Assembly (NCBI GenBank): GCA_009776725.1
Contig: WRNE01000002.1
Span: 1-64,000 of the forward strand
Direction of reading: 5' to 3'
DNA from: Coriobacteriia bacterium
Lineage (GTDB): Bacteria > Actinomycetota > Coriobacteriia > Coriobacteriales > UBA8131
DNA length: 64,000 bases
The notes beneath the pieces were generated by a model. That model was not told the DNA's origin and made no database searches. It saw only the letters and a program-made list of their open reading frames with translations. Of the stretch, positions 28,413-36,799 are shown in pieces. Each line of letters starts with the position of its first letter. Position 1 is the first letter of the stretch. Both the position numbers and the translations under genes were made by a program.

Positions 28413-29887
28413 GGTATCCCGTCTTTAGAAAGACTTATCCGATGCTCTGGGGCCACACTTTGTGCCGACAGGCTTGGGCTTCGGGCCAGCTGGTTAAAGC
28501 TGGCTTGGTTATAGCTGGCTTGGCCAAGGCTTGTGTCCACGGTATTCTCATACAGGCCCAGACTGGGGGCGGCGCTAGCAAAACTGGCCAAGCTAGGCGC
28601 ATCCTCGCTGTCCTCCCCGTACCCATAGCTACTATCGAAAAGAGACAGCTGGCCTTCGGCTATCTTTGGGTTTTGCCTCTGCCTTGCCGAGCTGGTCAGG
28701 GCCTGATGTATGGAAAGCGGGTCAAAAAGCACGCCTTCGTCCATCAAGCCTTGGCAGGTGATGAACAAGCGTGCCCTTTTCAAGGTGATGTTCAGACGCC
28801 GCAGCTCATCAAAACCCAAAGCCCTTTCTTTACGAGCCTTGAAAATGCGCCGCGCACCGGTAGGCCCGATTCCAGGCACACGCAACAACATATCGAAGTC
28901 GGCCTTGTTGACCTCAACGGGAAAAAGGTCGATGTTATTGAGCGCCCAGTTCGCTTTGGGATCCAGCAGCGGGTCTAGCCAGGGATGCTTGGAGTCGAGT
29001 ATCTCGTCTACGTCAAAACGGTAGAAACGCAGCAGCCAGTCTGCTTGGTATAGACGGTGCTCCCGCAGCAAAGGGGCTTCCCGAACGCCTGTCAACAAAG
29101 GGTTGTCACTGACCGGGATGTATGCGCTGAAAAAGACCCTCTTCAACTCATATGCCTTATAAAGGCTTGCCGTCAGGTTCAGTATGTGATGGTCAGTCTC
29201 AGGCGACGCGCCGATGATCATCTGCGTGGACTGGCCAGCCGGCACAAAGCGCGTCCTCTCGCTTCTCGCCAGCCGCTTGTCCTGGTAGTTTTCTTTTATC
29301 CCGTCCCGCACGAACCGCATCGGAGGCAGAATGGCGTCTTTTTGCTTCTCCGGAGCGAGTGTTTTCAAGCTCGCCTCTGAAGGGAACTCGATATTGATGC
29401 TCATGCGGTCGACCAAGACCCCCAGCGAGACCAACAGCTCCTCAGAGGTCCCTGGAATCGCCTTGGCGTGTATGTATCCACGAAAGCCGTACTCGTACCG
29501 AAGGATAGCAATGGCCTCAATCATCCGCTCCGTCGTGTAATCAGGGCTGCCTAGGATCCCAGACGACAAGAACAAGCCCTCGATATAGTTCCGACGGTAG
29601 AAGCCCATCGTCAACTCGGCCAGTTCTCTTGGGGAGAAGGTCGCGCGCGGGATGTCATTGCTCTGACGGTTGATGCAGTAGCTGCAGTCATATGTGCAGA
29701 CATTGGACAGCAAGACCTTGAGCAGCGAGATGCATCTCCCGTCGTCGGCAAAGGCATGGCATATGCCACAGGCAAGGGAACTGCCCAACTGCCCGGCAAC
29801 CGAGCCTCGGTCTACCCCGCTGGAAGTGCAGGCGACGTCGTATTTCGCTGAGTCGGCGAGTATTGTAAGCTTGTCGATCAACTCCAT
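28385..29887 (-). CDS. Putative DNA modification/repair radical-SAM protein (TIGR03916-like) with an HhH motif and an unusual 90-aa low-complexity C-terminal extension.
   Basis: The N-terminus is MELIDKLTILADSAKYDVACTSSG. The radical-SAM CxxxCxxC cluster is CTYDCSYC and the HhH motif is LLRVPGIGPTGARRIF. A Ser/Ala/Gln-rich tail follows, and its last 28 nt overlap the downstream gene. Confidence 0.7.
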   Translation of the reverse strand: MELIDKLTILADSAKYDVACTSSGVDRGSVAGQLGSSLACGICHAFADDGRCISLLKVLLSNVCTYDCSYCINRQSNDIPRATFSPRELAELTMGFYRRNYIEGLFLSSGILGSPDYTTERMIEAIAILRYEYGFRGYIHAKAIPGTSEELLVSLGVLVDRMSINIEFPSEASLKTLAPEKQKDAILPPMRFVRDGIKENYQDKRLARSERTRFVPAGQSTQMIIGASPETDHHILNLTASLYKAYELKRVFFSAYIPVSDNPLLTGVREAPLLREHRLYQADWLLRFYRFDVDEILDSKHPWLDPLLDPKANWALNNIDLFPVEVNKADFDMLLRVPGIGPTGARRIFKARKERALGFDELRRLNITLKRARLFITCQGLMDEGVLFDPLSIHQALTSSARQRQNPKIAEGQLSLFDSSYGYGEDSEDAPSLASFASAAPSLGLYENTVDTSLGQASYNQASFNQLARSPSLSAQSVAPEHRISLSKDGIPWKQASSVI

Positions 29888-29990
29888 TTGTTCCTCCCCT
29901 GTGCTTGATGTTGCTTATTACGATTTGGCAAAGTCTATCGTTCTAGGTTTGTTATTAGGGGCTTTTTTGTATATACTATACGAACATTTG

Positions 29991-30004
29991 TTCTCAGTCA
30001 AGGA
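29991..30004. promoter_or_regulatory. LexA (Cheo/SOS-box-like) operator CGAACATTTGTTCT.
   Basis: The site matches the Gram-positive SOS box consensus CGAACRNRYGTTYC (GAAC-N4-GTTC core). It lies about 100 nt upstream of the radical-SAM repair gene start, in the divergent intergenic region. Confidence 0.55.
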
Positions 30005-30116
30005 GGTTTTTGGCCACCTGGAGCATTTTCTGCCAAACTATCGTAGAGCCAGATAAGTAGCATAAAGGATGGTTTTACTGTATATTCGTTTTCAAGTTTC
30101 GAAGTCGAAGGGAGTC

Positions 30117-32546
30117 GGGATGCCTCTTATCCTAGAACAGCTAAGCAACCTGGTCGGCATTGTGTTCTTTGCGATCTTTTTCTGTATTCTAGCAATCATC
30201 GCACTGGTCTTCTTTAAAAGGTTTTACAAAGTAGCCAGCGCTAACGAGGCTTTGGTTATCTCTGGGGGGCGAAGAGCCAAGCCGCAGGTCATTATCGCTG
30301 GTGGCAGGTTTGTCTCCCCCTTGAAAAAATGCGTAACGTTTCCTTTGAACGTCATGACCATCCGTTCTGACGAACAAGAGACCCAGTCCAGCTCGATGGT
30401 GCCGATCATTGTGCAATGGACAGCGCAGCTGCGGGCTGACACAACTAACGAAGAGACGCTGGAGCAAGCGGTGATCGGGTTCTTGGGATCCAGCGAGAAC
30501 GACATCCGTGACTCACTGAAGCAGACCCTTGACGGCGAAGTCAGGGCGGTTTTGGGCCTGATGACTCCTGAGGACGTGGTGCGCAACAAGGCCGACCTGT
30601 CCACGAAAGTCTCTGACAACGTCAACGACCGGATGAAGGAGCTGGGGTTTATCCTGATATCGTTAAACATTGCCGAAGTCACCGACCGTAACAACCATTA
30701 TCACAACTTGGGAGCCGAAGAGCGCGAGGGGCGCCGCCGCGAGGCCGAGAACATTACAGCCGAAGCCGAGCTGTCCATCGCCGAGACAAAGGCCTCCACC
30801 GAGAAGGCTGCCAGCTTCGCCGACCTAAAGAGGATCGAGGACGTAGCCGAACGCCAGCGTGACGTCGACCTCAAACAGGCCGGTTACAAAGCCGAGGTCG
30901 ATCAGGCGCAGACCGACGCGGTCTATGCCGGGCAAGTCAGGGAGCAAGTCAGGCTGACTGACCTGGCAACCCAGCAAGGCGCTGTTGCCGTCGAGAGGGA
31001 AAAGCAAAGCCAGGCTGCAGCCGAGGCCCGCCGTGAGGTTGTCACCACCGAGGCTGAGACAGCCCGTATGAAACTGGTCATCGAGGCAGAGGCCGCCAAA
31101 GAACAAACCGAGATCGAAGCCGCAGCCAAGGCAGCGATTGCCCAGACTCTTGCAGCTGGCGAGGCCGAGGCTGCCAAAGAGCAGGCCCGAGGCGATGCTG
31201 ATGCGATCAAGGCCCGGGCAGAGGCAGAGGCCGAGCAGATCCGCAAGACCGGACAAGCCAACGCTGACGCTGAGGAAGCCCTAGGCAAGGCCCGCGCGGC
31301 TGCGACCTTGGCCGAAGGCCAGGCTAAAGCGGAAGCCGAGCGTTTGATGGCTGAGGCCTTGGCAGCAAACGACGCAGTCAACCTCCAGGTCACCTTGGCC
31401 GAGATCGAGAGCAAGACACGCATCGAAGTCTCCACCGCCATCGCTACTGCGGTAGCCGAGGTGGGTACCAATACGACAATCATCGACATGGGGTCAGGAG
31501 GATCGGCCAGCGACGCAGACTTGCTCACCCGGTTTCTAGGCAGCCTCCCCGAGACCTTGAAGCGGATGGAGGTAAAAAACGAGGCCTTGAACGGCAAGTC
31601 CATCGCTAGCACGGTCAACGAGCTAAGCACAGCCTTGCTGAACACCGAGCCTATAATTGGCACCCCATCCGACCCAAATGCTTCTTTAGGGGGAGAAGAC
31701 CCTGGCCCTTTGCCGGTTGAAGCCACTAACGATGCCAGCCAAGACATATCTGAAGAGGCTGGCCAAGAAGCAGCCCAGCCGGCAAGCGAGGAAGCTAGTG
31801 GCGAGGAGGCTACTAGCCAGGAAGACTATGCGCAGCTTGATGTAGCCCCAGACGAAGAGGCTCAGATCCCCTTACTGGCAAGCGACAGCCTCTCCGACAG
31901 CCTCCCCGGCCCTGAAGACCCTGCGCCTTCAGACAGCCTGTACATCCCAAATACCGACCCAACAAGCATCCCTGGGCAGGCAGCCGGGCTTGGCACCTCT
32001 CTGGATGCAGCCTACCTGCCTCCTGTCGGAGCTCCGCTTGATATTAGCATTGCTGACATGCCAGCCTACAATCCCGGGCTATCAGGCGGCGAGGCCGGCC
32101 CTTTTGACAGCTATGCTGCAAATACCGCAGACGACTACATTAACGAGACCCTGGTTCTGCAGCAGATCAGCGAGTATAACGAGGGTCAAGACGGGTTCTT
32201 GTTTGACGAGGGCCCTGACGTGCTGGACGAGGCAGTTCCAACTAGGCTACCAGACGTGATCAATGCCTTGGGCCTGACAGCTGAAGAAAGCGAAGAGATC
32301 ACCTACATCGTAAACTCTATTGCAGACAGCGGGCTGATCTCGGAATCCGAGTTGTATGACCTGGCTGGGGTAACAGTCACCACGATTCGCCAACTGCGTG
32401 AGAACGGCCAACCCGTTAACGCCAAAAGCATCGCGCGACTATTGATTGATGCCGACCAAGACGGCAAGGTCAAGATCCGTGACCTTATTGCCAGTGCCCG
32501 CCGCGCCCGTCAAGTAGCCGGACGTATACGTAACCGAAATAGGTAA
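30117..32546 (+). CDS. floT: Flotillin-like SPFH/band-7 protein with an extended coiled-coil and a long acidic, disordered C-terminal tail.
   Basis: It has an N-terminal TM (LVGIVFFAIFFCILAIIALVFF), an SPFH core and EA-rich coiled-coil repeats (EAEAAKEQ...). The last roughly 300 aa are D/E/S/P-rich. The RBS GGGAG precedes the ATG at 30117, and the track ORF starts at 30069. Confidence 0.75.
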   Translation, partial: GMPLILEQLSNLVGIVFFAIFFCILAIIALVFFKRFYKVASANEALVISGGRRAKPQVIIAGGRFVSPLKKCVTFPLNVMTIRSDEQETQSSSMVPIIVQWTAQLRADTTNEETLEQAVIGFLGSSENDIRDSLKQTLDGEVRAVLGLMTPEDVVRNKADLSTKVSDNVNDRMKELGFILISLNIAEVTDRNNHYHNLGAEEREGRRREAENITAEAELSIAETKASTEKAASFADLKRIEDVAERQRDVDLKQAGYKAEVDQAQTDAVYAGQVREQVRLTDLATQQGAVAVEREKQSQAAAEARREVVTTEAETARMKLVIEAEAAKEQTEIEAAAKAAIAQTLAAGEAEAAKEQARGDADAIKARAEAEAEQIRKTGQANADAEEALGKARAAATLAEGQAKAEAERLMAEALAANDAVNLQVTLAEIESKTRIEVSTAIATAVAEVGTNTTIIDMGSGGSASDADLLTRFLGSLPETLKRMEVKNEALNGKSIASTVNELSTALLNTEPIIGTPSDPNASLGGEDPGPLPVEATNDASQDISEEAGQEAAQPASEEASGEEATSQEDYAQLDVAPDEEAQIPLLASDSLSDSLPGPEDPAPSDSLYIPNTDPTSIPGQAAGLGTSLDAAYLPPVGAPLDISIADMPAYNPGLSGGEAGPFDSYAANTADDYINETLVLQQISEYNEGQDGFLFDEGPDVLDEAVPTRLPDVINALGLTAEESEEITYIVNSIADSGLISESELYDLAGVTVTTIRQLRENGQPVNAKSIARLLIDADQDGKVKIRDLIASARRARQVAGRIRNRNR

Positions 32547-32584
32547 GACTATTTTTTGAGCAGATAAAAGAGGAAGGAAGTAAG

Positions 32585-32947
32585 ATGAAATTCCTATGGT
32601 CGACACTACGTGTCAAAAACCTCGAAGAAAGCATCAGCTTCTACGAGGAGGTTCTGGGGCTTAGCGTCAGTCGACGGTTCAGCTCAGGGTCAGGCGGGGA
32701 GATTGCTTTCATGGGAGGAGCCGGAGACACCGAGATAGAGTTGATTGCCGACTCTGAAGGCCGGGACATCAATGTCGGGTCAGACATCTCGTGGGGCTTT
32801 GAGGTAGAGGACCTGGACGGGAAGATGAGCCTTTTAAACCAAAAGGGAATCGCCTTCGAAGGCCCGCGGTCGCCTAATGAGTCCATTCGCTTTATCTTCT
32901 TTACCGACCCGAACGGTATGCGTATCCAGTTCGCAGAAAACCTTTAG
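32585..32947 (+). CDS. VOC-family (glyoxalase/bleomycin-resistance fold) protein.
   Basis: The 120-aa protein has a typical VOC N-terminus (LRVKNLEESISFYEEVLGL). Confidence 0.65.
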   Translation: MKFLWSTLRVKNLEESISFYEEVLGLSVSRRFSSGSGGEIAFMGGAGDTEIELIADSEGRDINVGSDISWGFEVEDLDGKMSLLNQKGIAFEGPRSPNESIRFIFFTDPNGMRIQFAENL

Positions 32948-33052
32948 GGGGATAAGCCCCTGCCCGGCTTGACCGGGCAAAGCATAAACGACCGGCTGCT
33001 CAACTGGTAGCTGGCTGTTGCCTGATAAATACCGTAATCTGCGGCTTTTCTG

Positions 33053-34228
33053 CTAAAGCTCGATCAGTTCTTTGGTAGAGGCAGTGAAATTGTCTATGCC
33101 TTCGGCAGTGATCGCCCCGAAGTCTTCGATCCGTACCCCAACGTCGCCTTCTAGATAAATGCCGGGCTCGACTGTTACCACATGTCCGACCTGAAGCTCG
33201 CCTTCTACCCCTGCAGCCAGGGTTGGGGACTCATGGATGTCGATACCTACCCCGTGTCCTAGCCCATGGGTCAAAGGGCCGTATCCTTTTGCGGCAAAGA
33301 TCTCGTTTACCCTTTGATAGGGCTCGGCATTCGGGATGCCGGCCTTGACCGTGCCAAGCGTTGCCAGTTGGGCTTCTAGCACAGTCTCGTATATCTCACG
33401 TTGTCTAGCGCTGGCCTTGCCTACTGCTACTGTCCGGGTCATGTCGGAACGATAATCGTCAAGCTTTGCCCCAAAATCTAAAACGATCATGTCTCCAGTT
33501 TGTATCTGACGGCTGCCAGGCACAGCATGGGGGTTGGCAGAGTTTGGCCCACTGCCCACGATCGACCCGAATGATACTCCTTCAGAGCCTTGGCGGCGCA
33601 TGAAAAAATCAAGCTCGGTAGCAATCTCGAACTCTGTCTGACCGGCTTTTATGTAATCCAGCAGATATGTATAGGCAGCGTCTGTGATCTTTTGGCTCTC
33701 TTTCATGCTGGCAATCTCTGAAGCGTCCTTGACGGCACGCAACTGGGTAACGAGGCTAGGAACCTCGACAAGCTCATATGACCCAAGGTCTGCCTCGTCA
33801 AAGGCCTTGACCAGCGAGCGGTAGAAAGTCAGTAGAATGTCGGCCTCAATGCCAATGCGCAAAGGCTTGCTGGCAGCCAGGCCTAAGCCAGTTGGCGAAT
33901 TCACACCGCTGAGGCTGACGTTTATCGCTTTTAGCTGCTCGACAATAAATAGGCTATGCGACTTTCGCTCGTCGTCCAAAACATCCAAGACTCCGCTGCT
34001 CAGCGGCTTCATAGCCCCCGAATAGCGCATGTCGGTATGCAAGAGGCGAAGCGGGTCTTTGGTGAGCCTGTCTGATGTAACCAACATGGCATGTGCCGCC
34101 TCGTCGTCAAAGACGTGCGAGAACCCGGTCAGCCAACGGATGTCAGAAGTGTGTGTAGCCAGGTAGGCGTCTAGCTCGTGTTCTCCTAAAGCCTCGTTGG
34201 TCCGCTGTAAACGTTCATCAGTACCCAT
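33053..34228 (-). CDS. pepP: M24-family Xaa-Pro aminopeptidase/dipeptidase.
   Basis: It carries the M24B motif HGLGHGVGIDIHE and the pita-bread fold metal ligands (D...D...H...E...E). Confidence 0.8.
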   Translation of the reverse strand: MGTDERLQRTNEALGEHELDAYLATHTSDIRWLTGFSHVFDDEAAHAMLVTSDRLTKDPLRLLHTDMRYSGAMKPLSSGVLDVLDDERKSHSLFIVEQLKAINVSLSGVNSPTGLGLAASKPLRIGIEADILLTFYRSLVKAFDEADLGSYELVEVPSLVTQLRAVKDASEIASMKESQKITDAAYTYLLDYIKAGQTEFEIATELDFFMRRQGSEGVSFGSIVGSGPNSANPHAVPGSRQIQTGDMIVLDFGAKLDDYRSDMTRTVAVGKASARQREIYETVLEAQLATLGTVKAGIPNAEPYQRVNEIFAAKGYGPLTHGLGHGVGIDIHESPTLAAGVEGELQVGHVVTVEPGIYLEGDVGVRIEDFGAITAEGIDNFTASTKELIEL

Positions 34229-34347
34229 TTATTGTTCCTGCTTTCTGTGTTCTGACTGGCAATGCAAGTCAGTATAGCCCCTTGAGGGCTGGCTGATTGC
34301 GAGTAAACGACAAGTCATGATGCTGCTTTGGCTGCTCGGCTCCCCGC

Positions 34348-34905
34348 CTAGGTGGGCGGGCCATCACTTGAGGGGTAATCGGGATGAAAGGGGTCTATAT
34401 GGTCGGGAAGCTCTGCTTGATGCCCGCTTAACACGATTTTCTCCACATTACGTAAAAGCTTTGTGTGTGTCCGGTCGCTGTCCGTCAAGGGCAGCACTAG
34501 GACAGACTGCATTTTTAAGATCTTCGCTCCGAGAATGTCTGTCATGACCTGGTCGCCCACTATCAGGGCTTCCCTCCGTGAGACACCAAGCCTTTTCATG
34601 GCTCGCACGAAGTTAAAGGGCAAAGGCTTCATTGACTTATAGACAATCGGCAGATCAAGGTGGGCAGCGGTCTCAAAGACTGCATGATGCCAATTGTTGG
34701 TGACCAAGTGCATCAAGAAGCCCTCGGACTTCATTTCGTTGACCCAGTCCAGTATTTCAGCGCCAGCAGCCAAGGTGACTCGGGAGGCCAAGGTATTGTC
34801 GATATCCAGCAGCATGGCTTTGACGTTTTTTGCCCTTAGCCAATCAGCCTTGATCTGTAAGACTGATGTCAGGTACCGGTCAGGTAGTAGAAAGCCGATT
34901 GACAT
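34348..34905 (-). CDS. HAD-IIIA phosphatase, YqeG family.
   Basis: HAD motifs are present: LLDIDNTL (motif I), VTNN (motif II region) and GDQVMTDILGA (motif IV). Confidence 0.7.
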   Translation of the reverse strand: MSIGFLLPDRYLTSVLQIKADWLRAKNVKAMLLDIDNTLASRVTLAAGAEILDWVNEMKSEGFLMHLVTNNWHHAVFETAAHLDLPIVYKSMKPLPFNFVRAMKRLGVSRREALIVGDQVMTDILGAKILKMQSVLVLPLTDSDRTHTKLLRNVEKIVLSGHQAELPDHIDPFHPDYPSSDGPPT

Positions 34906-34917
34906 GGCGCCTCTAGA

Positions 34918-36153
34918 CTACTCCAAGCCAAAGACGCGAATGTACTCAGCAACAGCCTGCTCGTGCTCTTCTTCGGTACAGCTAAAAGTATGGTGGCCGT
35001 CCAGAGAAGTCAGCACATAGAAATAATACCCGGTCTGGGCAGGACTAGCTGCTGCTTGGATCGACTCAAGGCGTGGGGAGCAAATTGGGCCTGGGGGTAT
35101 TCCGGAGTACTTATAGGTGTTGTAGGGGCTTTCGACCTCGAGGTCGCTATACAGCAAGGGTTTTTGGGCGTAATCCCTTTCCTGGTCAGCCAGTGCATAG
35201 ATAATCGTTGCGTCAATTTGCAGGTTCATGCCCTGGCCTAGACGGTTGTATATGACTGATGCGACCAAGGAGCGCTCTTCAGGTATGTAGGTCTCGCGCT
35301 CGATCAGAGAGGCTATAACCAATACATCATGGGGGCTATAGCCCAGTGACCTGGCATAGGCCCAGTCAATGCCAGCCGTCTCATTGGCATACTGGTACAA
35401 CAAGACCCGCACCACGTACTCAGCGTCTGCACCGATTGGGATGCGGTAAGTCTTCGGATACAGGTAGCCTTCCAGCGAATTGTCATAACAGTCCTCTAGG
35501 AACTGGAAGTCGGACGCATATTTAGAGGCATTGTGTACCTCTGCGAGAAATTCATGGGCTGGGATATTACATGCCGCCTCGACCCGCCAAGCTGTCTGCT
35601 CGGCTGTCAGACCCTCCGGGATCGTCAGCCGGTAGCTGTTGTCGGGAGGCCCTGCCACCAGCTCCTGCGCCAGATCCTCCAAAGGCATTCCCGAAGTAAA
35701 GGTGTAATGCCCAGGCTTCAAAACGTCAGTTACGCCCAAGCTGCGGCACACCTCGACGAACTCGTTCGCATCGCGGATAACCCCATTGTCTTTAAGTATT
35801 TTGGCGATCTGTTTGGTCGACGAGCCTTGGGGGATGTAGACATCGACCTCGCGGCCAACCACAAACTCGCTCGGCTTGAACAGTCCCTGCAGTTTGGGGA
35901 TCACCAGATATGAAGCTCCGACCAGCACAGACACCAGGACAAGCACTGTTATTGCTCTCACCAACAATGGTTGGCTGGTTTGTTTGCGCATGTCGCTTCG
36001 GGTATACGTCCCTCGATTCTCCGATGCCCCTTCGGTCATGACACTCACAACGCGCGTGTTCAAGGCCTTGAGGCGAGACGACCGGGAGCGGTTTGCCGCC
36101 TTTTTTGGCCTGGCCACGTTGTCAGGCTCGTTGCGCATATGCCTTGCGGTCAT
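34918..36153 (-). CDS. mltG: Endolytic murein transglycosylase MltG (YceG-like).
   Basis: It has a single N-terminal TM and a YceG domain with the conserved ...YSGIPPGPI... segment, and it lies immediately downstream of ruvX as is typical. Confidence 0.8.
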   Translation of the reverse strand: MTARHMRNEPDNVARPKKAANRSRSSRLKALNTRVVSVMTEGASENRGTYTRSDMRKQTSQPLLVRAITVLVLVSVLVGASYLVIPKLQGLFKPSEFVVGREVDVYIPQGSSTKQIAKILKDNGVIRDANEFVEVCRSLGVTDVLKPGHYTFTSGMPLEDLAQELVAGPPDNSYRLTIPEGLTAEQTAWRVEAACNIPAHEFLAEVHNASKYASDFQFLEDCYDNSLEGYLYPKTYRIPIGADAEYVVRVLLYQYANETAGIDWAYARSLGYSPHDVLVIASLIERETYIPEERSLVASVIYNRLGQGMNLQIDATIIYALADQERDYAQKPLLYSDLEVESPYNTYKYSGIPPGPICSPRLESIQAAASPAQTGYYFYVLTSLDGHHTFSCTEEEHEQAVAEYIRVFGLE

Positions 36154-36585
36154 TTAAAGAGTCCCATCCTTGTCGCTTTGGCTGTCCAAATAACTCTGGA
36201 GAAAAACACCGGCAGCGACCATATCGATTTTCTCACGCATCGTTTTTGCGTTGTATCCCATCTCACGCAACAATTCCTCGGCTTGGACCGTACTTCTCCG
36301 CTCATCATAAAAGACTAGCGGCAGACCGACTAGGCCAGCTATCGACTCGGCAGTGCCACGTACCCAGTTGGCTTGGCTGTGCTCCTCCCCGTTAAGCGAG
36401 ACAGGAAGCCCGACCAACAGGCTAGTCACGTCATAGTCATCTAGCACATGCAAAAACTCGCTTGACCTACTGGTTATCTTGTCGGTCAACAGGACTTTGA
36501 CTGCAGTCGCCACCCGTCCACTCGGGTCGCTTACGGCTAAGCCTGTGCGTACACGGCCAATGTCTAAAGCGAGAATTGTCACCAC
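36154..36585 (-). CDS. ruvX: Putative pre-16S rRNA nuclease / Holliday-junction-resolvase-like RuvX (YqgF).
   Basis: It has the N-terminal ILALDIGRVRTGLAVSD motif and is 143 aa long. Confidence 0.85.
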   Translation of the reverse strand: MVTILALDIGRVRTGLAVSDPSGRVATAVKVLLTDKITSRSSEFLHVLDDYDVTSLLVGLPVSLNGEEHSQANWVRGTAESIAGLVGLPLVFYDERRSTVQAEELLREMGYNAKTMREKIDMVAAGVFLQSYLDSQSDKDGTL

Positions 36586-36799
36586 TATAGTATAACTGTA
36601 TGCAGCTCTACGGGGAACAAGCCAGTTTATACTTGCTGGTTTGTTGCTTCTAGGTTTGATTGTCTTGATCAGGCTTTGACATTTACAAAGTTGCTAGGAA
36701 AATTGCTAAAACTCCTAAAAAAGCTTTCGGATTATACAGGTTTTATACTTCTGAAACGCTACAATATCCATTGATCTTCATGGTGAAGAAAGGGGATAA

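Noticed and set aside
30189-31747. The minus-strand ORFs inside the flotillin gene (e.g. 30923-31747, 274 aa; 30224-30694).
   Set aside because: They are antisense to a well-supported SPFH/coiled-coil gene. Their Ala/Ser-rich translations are typical of the reverse frame of the EA-repeat region.
32948-33052. The GC-rich hairpins (AGGGGG..CCCCCT and GCCCGG-cttga-CCGGGC) between the convergent VOC and pepP genes.
   Set aside because: No U-run follows on either strand, so it cannot be called an intrinsic terminator with confidence.
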